A stretch of 42,124 bases of DNA, taken from the NCBI GenBank assembly GCA_037444485.1, contig JBBIMI010000006.1:1-42124 (forward strand), read 5' to 3'. The DNA is from Candidatus Micrarchaeota archaeon (GTDB lineage Archaea; Micrarchaeota; Micrarchaeia; Norongarragalinales; Norongarragalinaceae). Within the stretch, counting starts at the first letter, position 1; each line of letters opens with the position of its first letter. Shown piece by piece: positions 28,980 to 37,419 of this stretch. The translations under genes and the position numbers were made by a program. Below the pieces are notes generated by a model, which saw only the letters and a program-made list of their open reading frames with translations, made no database searches and was not told where the DNA came from.

Positions 28980-29101
28980 TCCAAACCCACCTCTTTCTAA
29001 TTACCCACTCTTTCTATCTTTCTAGGCAGAGTTTTTTTCTTCGTGGAAGTTTTTTCTACACAAAAGTTTTTCTACACAGAGTTTTTTTTCTACGCGGAGT
29101 T

Positions 29102-30016
29102 TTAGATGCTTATCTTCAACTGTAGGGCTTTCTTTAATTCGCGGTAGCGGTTGCGAATCGTAACTTCAGTCACTCCAGCAACGTCAGCGACTTCTTTTTG
29201 CGTGCGGCGTTCGCCAGTGTAAACACTAGCGATGTACACTGCAGCTGCAGCCACGCCCATCGGCCCCCTGCCTGAAACCAAGCCTTTCGCCATCGCTTCG
29301 TCGAGAATTTCTTGCGCTTTTTTCTGCGTTTCGCCGCTTAGTTTGAGTGAAGAAATGAAGCGGGTGACGTAAAACTGTGGACTCGTCAACGGCACTTTCA
29401 AATTTAGTTCCTGCGTCACGAGGCGGTAAGTGCGGCCGATTTCTTTCTTCGGGATTTCGGCGACTGAAGCGATTTCATCAAGCGTGCGCGGAATTCCGTA
29501 CTGCCTGCAAATAGCGTACACGACTGCGCTGACGACGCTCTCGATTTGTCGACCGCGAATCAAGCCTTTCTCGACGCATTTTCTGTAAAGCAACGCGCTT
29601 GCTTCCCGAATGCTTTCTTGGAGTCCCAAGTGTGAAGCGACTCTATTCAATTCGGTGAGTGCGATGGCGAGGTTGCGTTCTATACTGTTGGAAATGCTTG
29701 CGCGCTTGTGCCACTTGCGCATGCGGTAGAGTTGTGCTTGCTGGGATGGCGCTATTTTGCCGCCGCGCACGTCGCGGTTGTATTGATCTATTTCAGTTAC
29801 CAAGCCTTTATTCGGCGACATGTATTTTAACGGCGCGCCTGCGCGGGCGCGGCTCGCGCGTTGTTCTGCGTCGAAAGCTCTCCACTCTGGTCCTTCTTGA
29901 ACTAGGTTTTCTTCGATGACGAGCCCACAATTCTGGCAAATGATTTCGCCTTGCTTTGAATCGCGCTTCAAGTTAGTGCTTCCGCAGTCGCTGCATTTTC
30001 CGTACATTAACATCAA
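29102..30016 (-). CDS. tfb: Transcription initiation factor IIB
   Basis: CSDC..CQNC Zn ribbon, GPEWRAF B-reader, cyclin repeats, VTEVTIRNRY. Confidence 0.97.
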   Translation of the reverse strand: MMLMYGKCSDCGSTNLKRDSKQGEIICQNCGLVIEENLVQEGPEWRAFDAEQRASRARAGAPLKYMSPNKGLVTEIDQYNRDVRGGKIAPSQQAQLYRMRKWHKRASISNSIERNLAIALTELNRVASHLGLQESIREASALLYRKCVEKGLIRGRQIESVVSAVVYAICRQYGIPRTLDEIASVAEIPKKEIGRTYRLVTQELNLKVPLTSPQFYVTRFISSLKLSGETQKKAQEILDEAMAKGLVSGRGPMGVAAAAVYIASVYTGERRTQKEVADVAGVTEVTIRNRYRELKKALQLKISI

Positions 30017-30250
30017 CTCCTGTTTTCGCTTAAAAGTTTTAGAGAATCATTTTTAGTTACTGTTTTTTTGATTGGTTTTCTTAGTTATTGAAATTGGTTT
30101 TCTTAGTTATCGATTTTTTGAATGATTATTTTTTGATTGGTTTTGATTGATTGTTATTGGTTTTTGGCTGTCGTTATTTGATTACTCTCTTTTTATTGAC
30201 GTTTTTGATTGTTTTTTTGTTTCTTGACTTCATTATTTTTTTTCTTGGCT

Positions 30251-30484
30251 TCATTTTTTCTTGGTTTCAAGCGTTTTGTTTAAAAGCGTTTTCGCATCGA
30301 TGCCTTGCGCGGGACGCATTAAGTAAAACGGTTTTTCGACGCTCGCGATAGAGTCAGTTATTTTTCCTGCAAGTTGTTTCTTGAAAAAAACGTTTTCGCC
30401 TGACACTGCGCGTGGTTTTTCGCCGGCTGCTGGCGCGAGGAGAAGGTTGCCTCTTGCGGTTTGCTTTAACGCGACAAACTTCAA
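30251..30484 (-). CDS. gar1: Gar1/Naf1-family H/ACA RNP protein
   Basis: GKITDSIASVEKPFY resembles the Gar1 G.V.DIFGPV..PY pattern; usual position upstream of tfb; AAGGTG SD. Confidence 0.7.
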   Translation of the reverse strand: MKFVALKQTARGNLLLAPAAGEKPRAVSGENVFFKKQLAGKITDSIASVEKPFYLMRPAQGIDAKTLLNKTLETKKK

Positions 30485-30765
30485 GCTCTACACCTTCTCT
30501 GAATAGTATATGAATAGTAGAGTGAGGGAGAGGAACCCGTTCAAAAAAATCATTCAAAAAAACGCGGTTTTTCTGATTTTACTAGTGCAACAGCATAAAC
30601 AACAGCATAATAACTTGAAGGAAAGGTTTTTAAACTTTTCGGTCGCTTTTGGAGGGCTTTTGGAGGGCTTTGGAGGGGGAAACGTTGAATACGGTGAGAT
30701 GTATTGTGTGGTAAAACGTTGGGGGTGACATAAAGTGGTTTTTTTCGAAAAAAACTTGGGGGCGC

Positions 30766-31161
30766 TTACTTTTTGAGGAGGACGGCGTTGACTACGCCGT
30801 GTTGTCCGGGCCTGCTCGTGATTCGCGCTTTGCCGAGTTCTGTTTCCACTACCGCGCCTTTGACTAGAATGTTTTCGCGGGCGAAGTGCCTGTCAGCAGA
30901 ACTCTCGAGTACCGTGATTATTTTTGCTTTTTTTACGCCTTCAGGAGTCGCCACGTTCGCGTACGAAGCGCGTTCTACAGCGATTTTGTGTTTTCCGCCG
31001 CGAACGCGGAATTTTTTGGCTGCTTGTTTTTCGTTTTCTTTCGCGAGGCGTGCGCGGGCGAAGAAACCACCGTAGTGCGCTAAGCGCTTGTCGCGGAAAG
31101 CGCGGGTTTTTCCGCCTGTGCCGCTCGACTTTTTTTTCGTTGTTTGATGGTATTGAACCAT
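30766..31161 (-). CDS. rps8e: 30S ribosomal protein S8e
   Basis: RVRGG, ILVKGAVVETELGKARITSRPGQHGVVNAV. Confidence 0.97.
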   Translation of the reverse strand: MVQYHQTTKKKSSGTGGKTRAFRDKRLAHYGGFFARARLAKENEKQAAKKFRVRGGKHKIAVERASYANVATPEGVKKAKIITVLESSADRHFARENILVKGAVVETELGKARITSRPGQHGVVNAVLLKK

Positions 31162-31289
31162 TACTGTAAAACCTCCGTGTAAAACCTTTGTTTCTGTGAG
31201 TGAATTTCGATGAGTGAATTTCTGTGAGTGAATATAGGGTAAGGGATTTAGCGTGGTTAGTTAATGTGTTTACTCGCTATGCTTGCTCG

Positions 31290-32891
31290 TTAATTGTTTT
31301 GCTTGCGGGAGTTAAAAAACGTTTTATTTCGCGATTTTTCGTATTTTTTTTTGAAGAGGTATTCGGTTATGACGCGGACGCCGGCGCCGGTTGCGCCAAG
31401 CGATAAGTAAGGCTTTTGTTTTGTTGTCCAAGCTGTGCCAGCAATGTCTAAGTGCGCCCACTTTACTTTGTTTTCGCTTTCTTTTGTTTTTCCGACTTTC
31501 TTTTTCTTCGCTTTTTCGAGTTCGATGAAGTTTTTCAAAAACAACGCGCCTGTAATCGTGCCTGCGGTGCCGTCGCCAGTGTTCTTCACGTCCGCCACGT
31601 CGCTCTTGATTTTCTCCGCGTACTCGTCCCACAACGGCAAGCGCCAGACTCTGTCGCCGCTCGCTTGTCCAGCTGCGTAAAGCGCTTGCGCGAGTTCATC
31701 GTCGTTGGAAAGCATTCCGCTGGCTCCGTCGCCTAAAGCGATGATGCAAGAACCTGTAAGCGTCGCAACGTCAATGAGTGTTTTCGGCTTGAACTTCTTG
31801 ACTGCGTACGAAAGCACGTCGCTTAAGACTATTCTGCCTTCAGCGTCGGTATTCAAGACTTCAATCGATTTGCCTGAAATTCCTGAAACCACGTCGCCCG
31901 GCTTGTACGACGAGCCACTCGGCACGTTTTCCACGAGGGGCGCGAGCGCGATTACGTTGACTGGCAGCTTGAGTTCTTTCGCAGCGCGCGCAACTCCGAT
32001 TACTGCACAAGCGCCACTCTTATCGAACTTCATCTTGTCCATGTCCTGCGCGGGCTTGAGTGAAATGCCGCCAGCGTCGAACGTAACGCCTTTACCGACT
32101 AGCGCGATTGTTTCTCCACGTTTGCCGCCCCCACGGTATTCAGCGATTACTAAGCGCGGCGGTTGCGCGCTTCCCCGCGCGACGCTTAACAACGCGTTGA
32201 AGCCTTGCTTGCGCAATTGTTTTTCATCGAGAATCTTGCAGCGTAGCCGCGCGCGAGAAGCGAGTTCCTCGAGTTTTCGCGCTACGAAGTCGGGAGTCGC
32301 GACGTTCGCAGGCTCGTTCGCGATGCTTCGCGCCGCGTTAGTCGCTTCAGCGATGATTCTGCCGAGCGCGATTCCCTTGCGCGCTGCTACAGCGTCGCGA
32401 GTGAACACAATTATTTTTTTTATCTTGTGTTTTTTCTTTTGTTCTTCGCCGTGCTTGTACTTGTCGAACTCGTAATCAGCGAGCAAAACGCCTTCTGAAA
32501 GCGCGCGGGCTGTTTCAAACACGCTTGCTTTCTTTGATTCTGGGAGCACTACAGCGAATTCGGTGCACGCGCTTGTTTTGAACGCGTTTGCCGCGCTGCC
32601 GGAAAACTTGCGTGCGTCATCAAGCTCGAATTCTTTTTCTTTGCCTAAACCAGCGATGAAGAGCTTGCGTGCAGGCAGCCTGCCGAGCGTCGAGAGAAGC
32701 AACGCTTGCCCTTTCTTTGCTTCGAATTCCTTGTCTTTAAGTGCTTTCTTGAGTTCTCCGCCTAGTTTCGCGTCAAGCTTCTTGAAAACCGCGTTTTTCT
32801 TTAACTCGCGTTCGAAGAACGCGATTGCTAACCCACTTGTTTTTTTTGCGAGCGCTGCCACCGCATTCTTTGATTCTACTGTAAACTCCAT
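31290..32891 (-). CDS. pepA: Leucyl aminopeptidase (M17)
   Basis: VGKGVTFDAGG, MKFDKSGA, NTDAEGR, WAHLDIAG. Confidence 0.95.
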   Translation of the reverse strand: MEFTVESKNAVAALAKKTSGLAIAFFERELKKNAVFKKLDAKLGGELKKALKDKEFEAKKGQALLLSTLGRLPARKLFIAGLGKEKEFELDDARKFSGSAANAFKTSACTEFAVVLPESKKASVFETARALSEGVLLADYEFDKYKHGEEQKKKHKIKKIIVFTRDAVAARKGIALGRIIAEATNAARSIANEPANVATPDFVARKLEELASRARLRCKILDEKQLRKQGFNALLSVARGSAQPPRLVIAEYRGGGKRGETIALVGKGVTFDAGGISLKPAQDMDKMKFDKSGACAVIGVARAAKELKLPVNVIALAPLVENVPSGSSYKPGDVVSGISGKSIEVLNTDAEGRIVLSDVLSYAVKKFKPKTLIDVATLTGSCIIALGDGASGMLSNDDELAQALYAAGQASGDRVWRLPLWDEYAEKIKSDVADVKNTGDGTAGTITGALFLKNFIELEKAKKKKVGKTKESENKVKWAHLDIAGTAWTTKQKPYLSLGATGAGVRVITEYLFKKKYEKSRNKTFFNSRKQNN

Positions 32892-32947
32892 CGGAAACCA
32901 CCTGCAAGTCTTTTTCCAGAAGCTTGTTTTCCAGAAGCTTGTTTTTT

Positions 32948-33940
32948 CTAGAAGCTTATTTTTTTTCTCTTGCCTGTCTTTGCTGACTCGTGGCCTGCTT
33001 CTATTGCAGCAACCGCGCGCAGGCCGTCTTCGCCTGTTGCGAACGGCTTCGCTTTGCCTTGCGCTGCCGAGAGGAAATTTTCTATTTCCACGCGTAAAGG
33101 CTCTTCTTTGAGGAAGTAGGGACGGAATTCCGCTCCCCTGCCGACGCGCATGACGATTTCGTCGAAAGTATTATACTTAGTGAATTCGTGTTCTGCCTTG
33201 ATTATGGTGAGCTCTTGAGTGATGTACTCGAGGCGCGCTGTTCCCTTCGTGCCTGCAACTACGAGTTCGCGCATCTTGATTGGGGTAACGCGGTTCGCCT
33301 CGACGCAGGCAGTAAAACCGTCGAACTCGAATATTGCAGCGCAAGAATCGTCGTACTTTTTGTCGATAAACTTTTTCTCGACCGCGCTGACGGTGTGCGG
33401 GTAGAGTCCTGAAATAAAGGAAATCACGTCGATGTCGTGCACTGCCTGGTCAACAAAGCTTGAGCCAAGGTCGCGGTCCGTCGGCACTCCGAAGCGGTGG
33501 GCTGAAGCGTGAACTAGTTCGCCGAGCATTGAAACGTGTTTCTTTAATGCTTGCACTACTGGATTGCAGCGTTCAATGTGCCCGACTGCAAGCGTGACGC
33601 CCTTTTTTTCGGCTTTCGCGACGAGTTTTTCGCCGTCGTCAAGCGAGTCAGTAATCGGCTTTTCTACTAGCAACGGGATTTTTTTTTTGAGTAGTTCGCT
33701 CGCGACTTCGTAATGCAAGCGCGTTGGAACAGCTACTATAGCAGCGTCGAACCTTTCGTCCTCGAGCGCTTGCTTCAAGGAATTAAACAAAACGGTTTTC
33801 TCGAAGTTTTTCGCGCGCACGCGAGCGAGTGCTTCCGCGTTCGGGTCTGCAATAGCGATTTGTGAAACGCTTTTCAACTCATTCAAAATGCGCACGTGAT
33901 TGAAGCCCATCACGCCCGCGCCGACAACGAGAACCTTCAC
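32948..33940 (-). CDS. Gfo/Idh/MocA family oxidoreductase (possibly a nucleotide-sugar dehydrogenase)
   Basis: VVGAGVMG, LVEKP, VGHIERCNP, DQAVHDID; AGGAG SD before GTG 33940. Confidence 0.92.
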   Translation of the reverse strand: MKVLVVGAGVMGFNHVRILNELKSVSQIAIADPNAEALARVRAKNFEKTVLFNSLKQALEDERFDAAIVAVPTRLHYEVASELLKKKIPLLVEKPITDSLDDGEKLVAKAEKKGVTLAVGHIERCNPVVQALKKHVSMLGELVHASAHRFGVPTDRDLGSSFVDQAVHDIDVISFISGLYPHTVSAVEKKFIDKKYDDSCAAIFEFDGFTACVEANRVTPIKMRELVVAGTKGTARLEYITQELTIIKAEHEFTKYNTFDEIVMRVGRGAEFRPYFLKEEPLRVEIENFLSAAQGKAKPFATGEDGLRAVAAIEAGHESAKTGKRKKISF

Positions 33941-34271
33941 GAAAAACAACTCCTTATTGCTGCAAGCTTACTACCAAAAAATTCAAGAAACAACTTCACC
34001 GCAAGCAATCCAAACTCGCTGCAAACAATTCCTGCTTGCTGCAAACAATTCCTGCCTTCGTTTTGTTTTTTATCGTTTTTTAATTTTTTTAATTCTTTGA
34101 ATTAACTTTGAATTAATAATAATTTTTTATAATTAATTTATAATTAATTTTTTTATAATTAATTATAGTTAATTATTTAAGCTCTAAGTGTTCTCGCCGT
34201 AAAGCGGACAAGCAATTAACTTAATAATCAAGCAATTAACTTAACAAATAACTGCGTAAAAGAATTTTAAC

Positions 34272-34322
34272 TTACTTCTTTCCAGTCAAACCGGCCTTAA
34301 CCAGTTCTTCCTTAAAACCCGT
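34272..34322 (-). pseudogene. 5' remnant (T)GFKEELVKAGLTGKK* of a paralog of the 36650-37228 gene
   Basis: Matches MGFKEELIKAG at DNA and protein level; GTG start replaced by ACG; stop after 16 codons. Confidence 0.65.
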
Positions 34323-34496
34323 GAAACAATTACGTTTAATGCCTTTAAATAACTTTAACGCGGTTAAAAAAACGTTTTCAAACAAAAAATTTTCAAACAA
34401 AAAAAAATTTTCAACGAATTTTTTTAATGGTTTTCACGCGCGTTTTCGCCCGCCTTTTTCGCCCGCTTTTTTTTAGCGCTTCGCTTGACGCTTGCT

Positions 34497-36527
34497 TTAA
34501 ACAATTTCGGGCGGGTTTTTCTTGAAGTAGCCCAGCAGTGCGGTCTTGACGCTGCTTCGTTCAACTTCCTTCTCAGCAGCCCGCTCAATCCCGCGTTGTT
34601 TCAAGAGCTCGGAAAGCGTTTTTTGTTCGCGTTTCTTGAATTCGGCGAGGGCTCGCCGCGCGCCGGCAACGTCGCCTTCCTCGAGCGCTTGCTCTATTTC
34701 TTGTTGCACGCGCAAGCGTTCGCTGTGTAGTTCGCGGAATGCTTGCGAACGCTCGTCGAACTCGAGCGCGAGTTGTTTCACACGTGTTGCAGATGGTCTG
34801 CCGGCAGTGCCGCCGGCGGCGCCGAGAAACGCTTGCAGGCTCTCGAATTGTTCGAAGAGCGAGTAGAGGTTTTTGCCGAGTAGCATCAGCGCGAGTAGCG
34901 TGTAAACAGCTGGAATCACCAAGAAAATTGGGTCGAAGCGCGTGAGAGTGAAGAGGAATACGATTGCGCCGACTGCGGTTAAGATTATTGAAGTAAACAA
35001 GTCAGCTACTGTCTTGCTTGTTTCCAAACGCTTTTTTTCGCGTTCAAGCGCGGGAAACGCTGTTGCGAGAATGCTTGAAACAATGGCGCGCACCAGGAAA
35101 GAGAATTCGCGCAGCACCTTGTACAAGGGCCAAATCAGGAAGGGTAACAACATCAAGCCAATCGAGATCGAGCCGACCCAAGGAGCGAATGGAATCTCGA
35201 TTTGCAATTTCGTCAAGTAACTAATGTAAACAACAGAGAAAATCACGAGGAGATTAGTTATCAAGCGCTTGAGGGAATTCCAGTAAGCGTTTTGAAAACT
35301 CGAGTTCAATAAAACGCTTTCAAGCGTTTCCGCCTCGAGCGCAAGCGTTGAAAGCATTTTGCTTACCGGCTTGGGCTCCAACCGCGCAAACCACTCTGCA
35401 ATCTTTTCCTTGCGGTTGAATAAAGCCGGGCTGATTATCGCAGTACAAATGACTAGCAGGAAAGCGAGGCCGAGAACGTCGCTCGCGTGCGGAATCAACG
35501 GCGCAGCCGCAGCTGCAATGATGATGCTGAACTCGCCTACGCTCATCATCATCAAGCCGGTCGTGACAGCGCTCAACGCATTCACTCCAAGCGCGGTGCC
35601 GAGAGTACCATAAACAAAGATTTTGGATGCAACGTAAGCGGCCAACATTACTGCGAGGACGACGAGAATTAAAGGCGTTGATGGCAGGGTGACTTTAGCG
35701 CCGAAACTCACGAAGAAGAACAAGATAAAGAAGTCGCGGAAAAAGCCGAGCTCGCGCTTTATGCGTGTCGCGTAAGCGGTTTCAGCAAGCGCGAAGCCAG
35801 CGAAGTAAGCGCCAAGAATAGGCGACAAACCCAACAAGTTGCTTGAGTACGAAACTAGAATGCCGATTCCAATCGCGTATAAAGCCATTTTGTCGCTTTG
35901 ACCGATCGCGTTAAGCATCTTTAAAACGATTTTCGAGAGTTTGCTGACCACGAAGAACGCTGCGATTATGAAGACAAGCGCGTTGAACACCAAGAGGTTT
36001 ACTGACTTCTGCGTCGAAAAGGTGGACAGGAATACGAGGAGGATGATTGCGAGAAAGTCTTCAATTATGAGCGAGGAAACCGCGATGCGCGCTTCTAGAG
36101 TCTGCATCAAGCCTTTCTCGAGAATAAATTTGACGGCGATTACGGTGCTTGCCATGGGCATCAGTAAGCCTATCACGAGCGCTTCCAAGCCAGTATAACC
36201 AAAAGCGCGCGCGATTCCGTAGCCGACAGCAAACAAAACAAGTATTTCGACTCCGACAAGCACGAAGGCGACAGCGCCGTTTTGCTTGAATTTTTCGATG
36301 CTTAACTCGAGGCCCAAGTAAAACAACAACATCATTAAACCGATTTCTTCGAAAAGCGTGAGCACGCCTTGACCAGGCTGCAAGTAGTTAAGGACAAGCG
36401 GTCCGAGAACGATGCCGGCGAAGATGAAACCAATCGAACTCGAGAGCCGCAAGCGAGAGAAAATCATTCCGAAGAATAAGGCGACTAACACTACTACTCC
36501 AATCATTATCACGGGAATTTCCGCCAT
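34497..36527 (-). CDS. Cation:proton antiporter (CPA2/KefB-like) with extended C-terminal membrane and coiled region (ORF open to 36602)
   Basis: EIGLMMLLFYLGLE, LIIEDFLAI, LGAYFAG, RDFF..FFVSFG, GEFS motifs. Confidence 0.9.
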   Translation of the reverse strand: MAEIPVIMIGVVVLVALFFGMIFSRLRLSSSIGFIFAGIVLGPLVLNYLQPGQGVLTLFEEIGLMMLLFYLGLELSIEKFKQNGAVAFVLVGVEILVLFAVGYGIARAFGYTGLEALVIGLLMPMASTVIAVKFILEKGLMQTLEARIAVSSLIIEDFLAIILLVFLSTFSTQKSVNLLVFNALVFIIAAFFVVSKLSKIVLKMLNAIGQSDKMALYAIGIGILVSYSSNLLGLSPILGAYFAGFALAETAYATRIKRELGFFRDFFILFFFVSFGAKVTLPSTPLILVVLAVMLAAYVASKIFVYGTLGTALGVNALSAVTTGLMMMSVGEFSIIIAAAAAPLIPHASDVLGLAFLLVICTAIISPALFNRKEKIAEWFARLEPKPVSKMLSTLALEAETLESVLLNSSFQNAYWNSLKRLITNLLVIFSVVYISYLTKLQIEIPFAPWVGSISIGLMLLPFLIWPLYKVLREFSFLVRAIVSSILATAFPALEREKKRLETSKTVADLFTSIILTAVGAIVFLFTLTRFDPIFLVIPAVYTLLALMLLGKNLYSLFEQFESLQAFLGAAGGTAGRPSATRVKQLALEFDERSQAFRELHSERLRVQQEIEQALEEGDVAGARRALAEFKKREQKTLSELLKQRGIERAAEKEVERSSVKTALLGYFKKNPPEIV

Positions 36528-36649
36528 TGCCTCGAGCATCGCAAGAAACACCGTTAAAATGCTAGAAACCGCTTTAAAAAACTCTTGAATAGAGAAACGC
36601 AACCAGTTTAAAAAAATGTTTTGACTAAGCGCGGCGGGCGTCAGAATTT

Positions 36650-37228
36650 CTACTGCGGCAGGCCCAACTTTTTCCTGAAAAATTTCAGCATATCGGGTTC
36701 GGTAAAAGTCAGCTTCAACTTTCGTGCTTGACTCAAACGGAGTCGCTCACTAGTTCCAAAACCCTCGCGTGAAACGTAAGGACTCTTTCGATATACAGAA
36801 ATATATGTTTTAAGCAAAAGTTGTCGGTCTTCCAGCGTTACCGGCCGTTTTTCACTTAATTCGCGCAATGCTTCCCGAGCAACATCCAAAGCCGCAATAT
36901 CGCGCTGGGTTGAAAAACCAGCTAATTGCGGTTTTTCGAGAATCAAGTCAACAACTTCGCGCTCGCTTAAACCAACAACCTTCCCCAACCTGCTTTTCTG
37001 CCTCAAAACACGCTCATGATCATAACCAGCAAACGGCGGATACGACAAAATGGCTTTCCTGATTTTCTCGGGCTTGACTGCGTAAACTCCCGCAATTTTT
37101 TCAACCAAGCCCTTCAACTGCTCCGCATTCTTGGCCTTATAGTTGGATGAAAAATACTCGTCGCTACTTAACTTGACAGCTTCGCTCTCGCTAAAGCCAG
37201 CCTTAATCAGTTCTTCCTTGAAACCCAC
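36650..37228 (-). CDS. Hypothetical protein with mTERF-like helical repeats
   Basis: Units AVKPEKIRKAILSYPPFAGYDHER and GLSEREVVDLILEKPQLAGFSTQR; TATA-like TTTTTAATA ~25 nt upstream (leaderless). Confidence 0.65.
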   Translation of the reverse strand: MGFKEELIKAGFSESEAVKLSSDEYFSSNYKAKNAEQLKGLVEKIAGVYAVKPEKIRKAILSYPPFAGYDHERVLRQKSRLGKVVGLSEREVVDLILEKPQLAGFSTQRDIAALDVAREALRELSEKRPVTLEDRQLLLKTYISVYRKSPYVSREGFGTSERLRLSQARKLKLTFTEPDMLKFFRKKLGLPQ

Positions 37229-37419
37229 GAGTAGAAAAATACGTTAGCGTATTAAAAAGCTTGTTGTTGCAAAGTCAATTAACAATTTTCCGCATAAGCC
37301 TTCAAGTTTTTTCTTGAAGAAAAAAACGCGTTTATAAACAACGCTTTTCTAGAAAGTAATCGAATTTGCTTTGATTGGTTTACAAAAAAAATTGAAAAAT
37401 TGCAGGAGAGTAGTTTCGA

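Noticed and set aside
31290..31352. Frameshift in the PepA C-terminus at a homopolymer
   Set aside because: The catalytic domain is complete; the short tail cannot be told apart from a benign extension
31705..32475. 256-aa plus-strand ORF
   Set aside because: Antisense shadow of pepA
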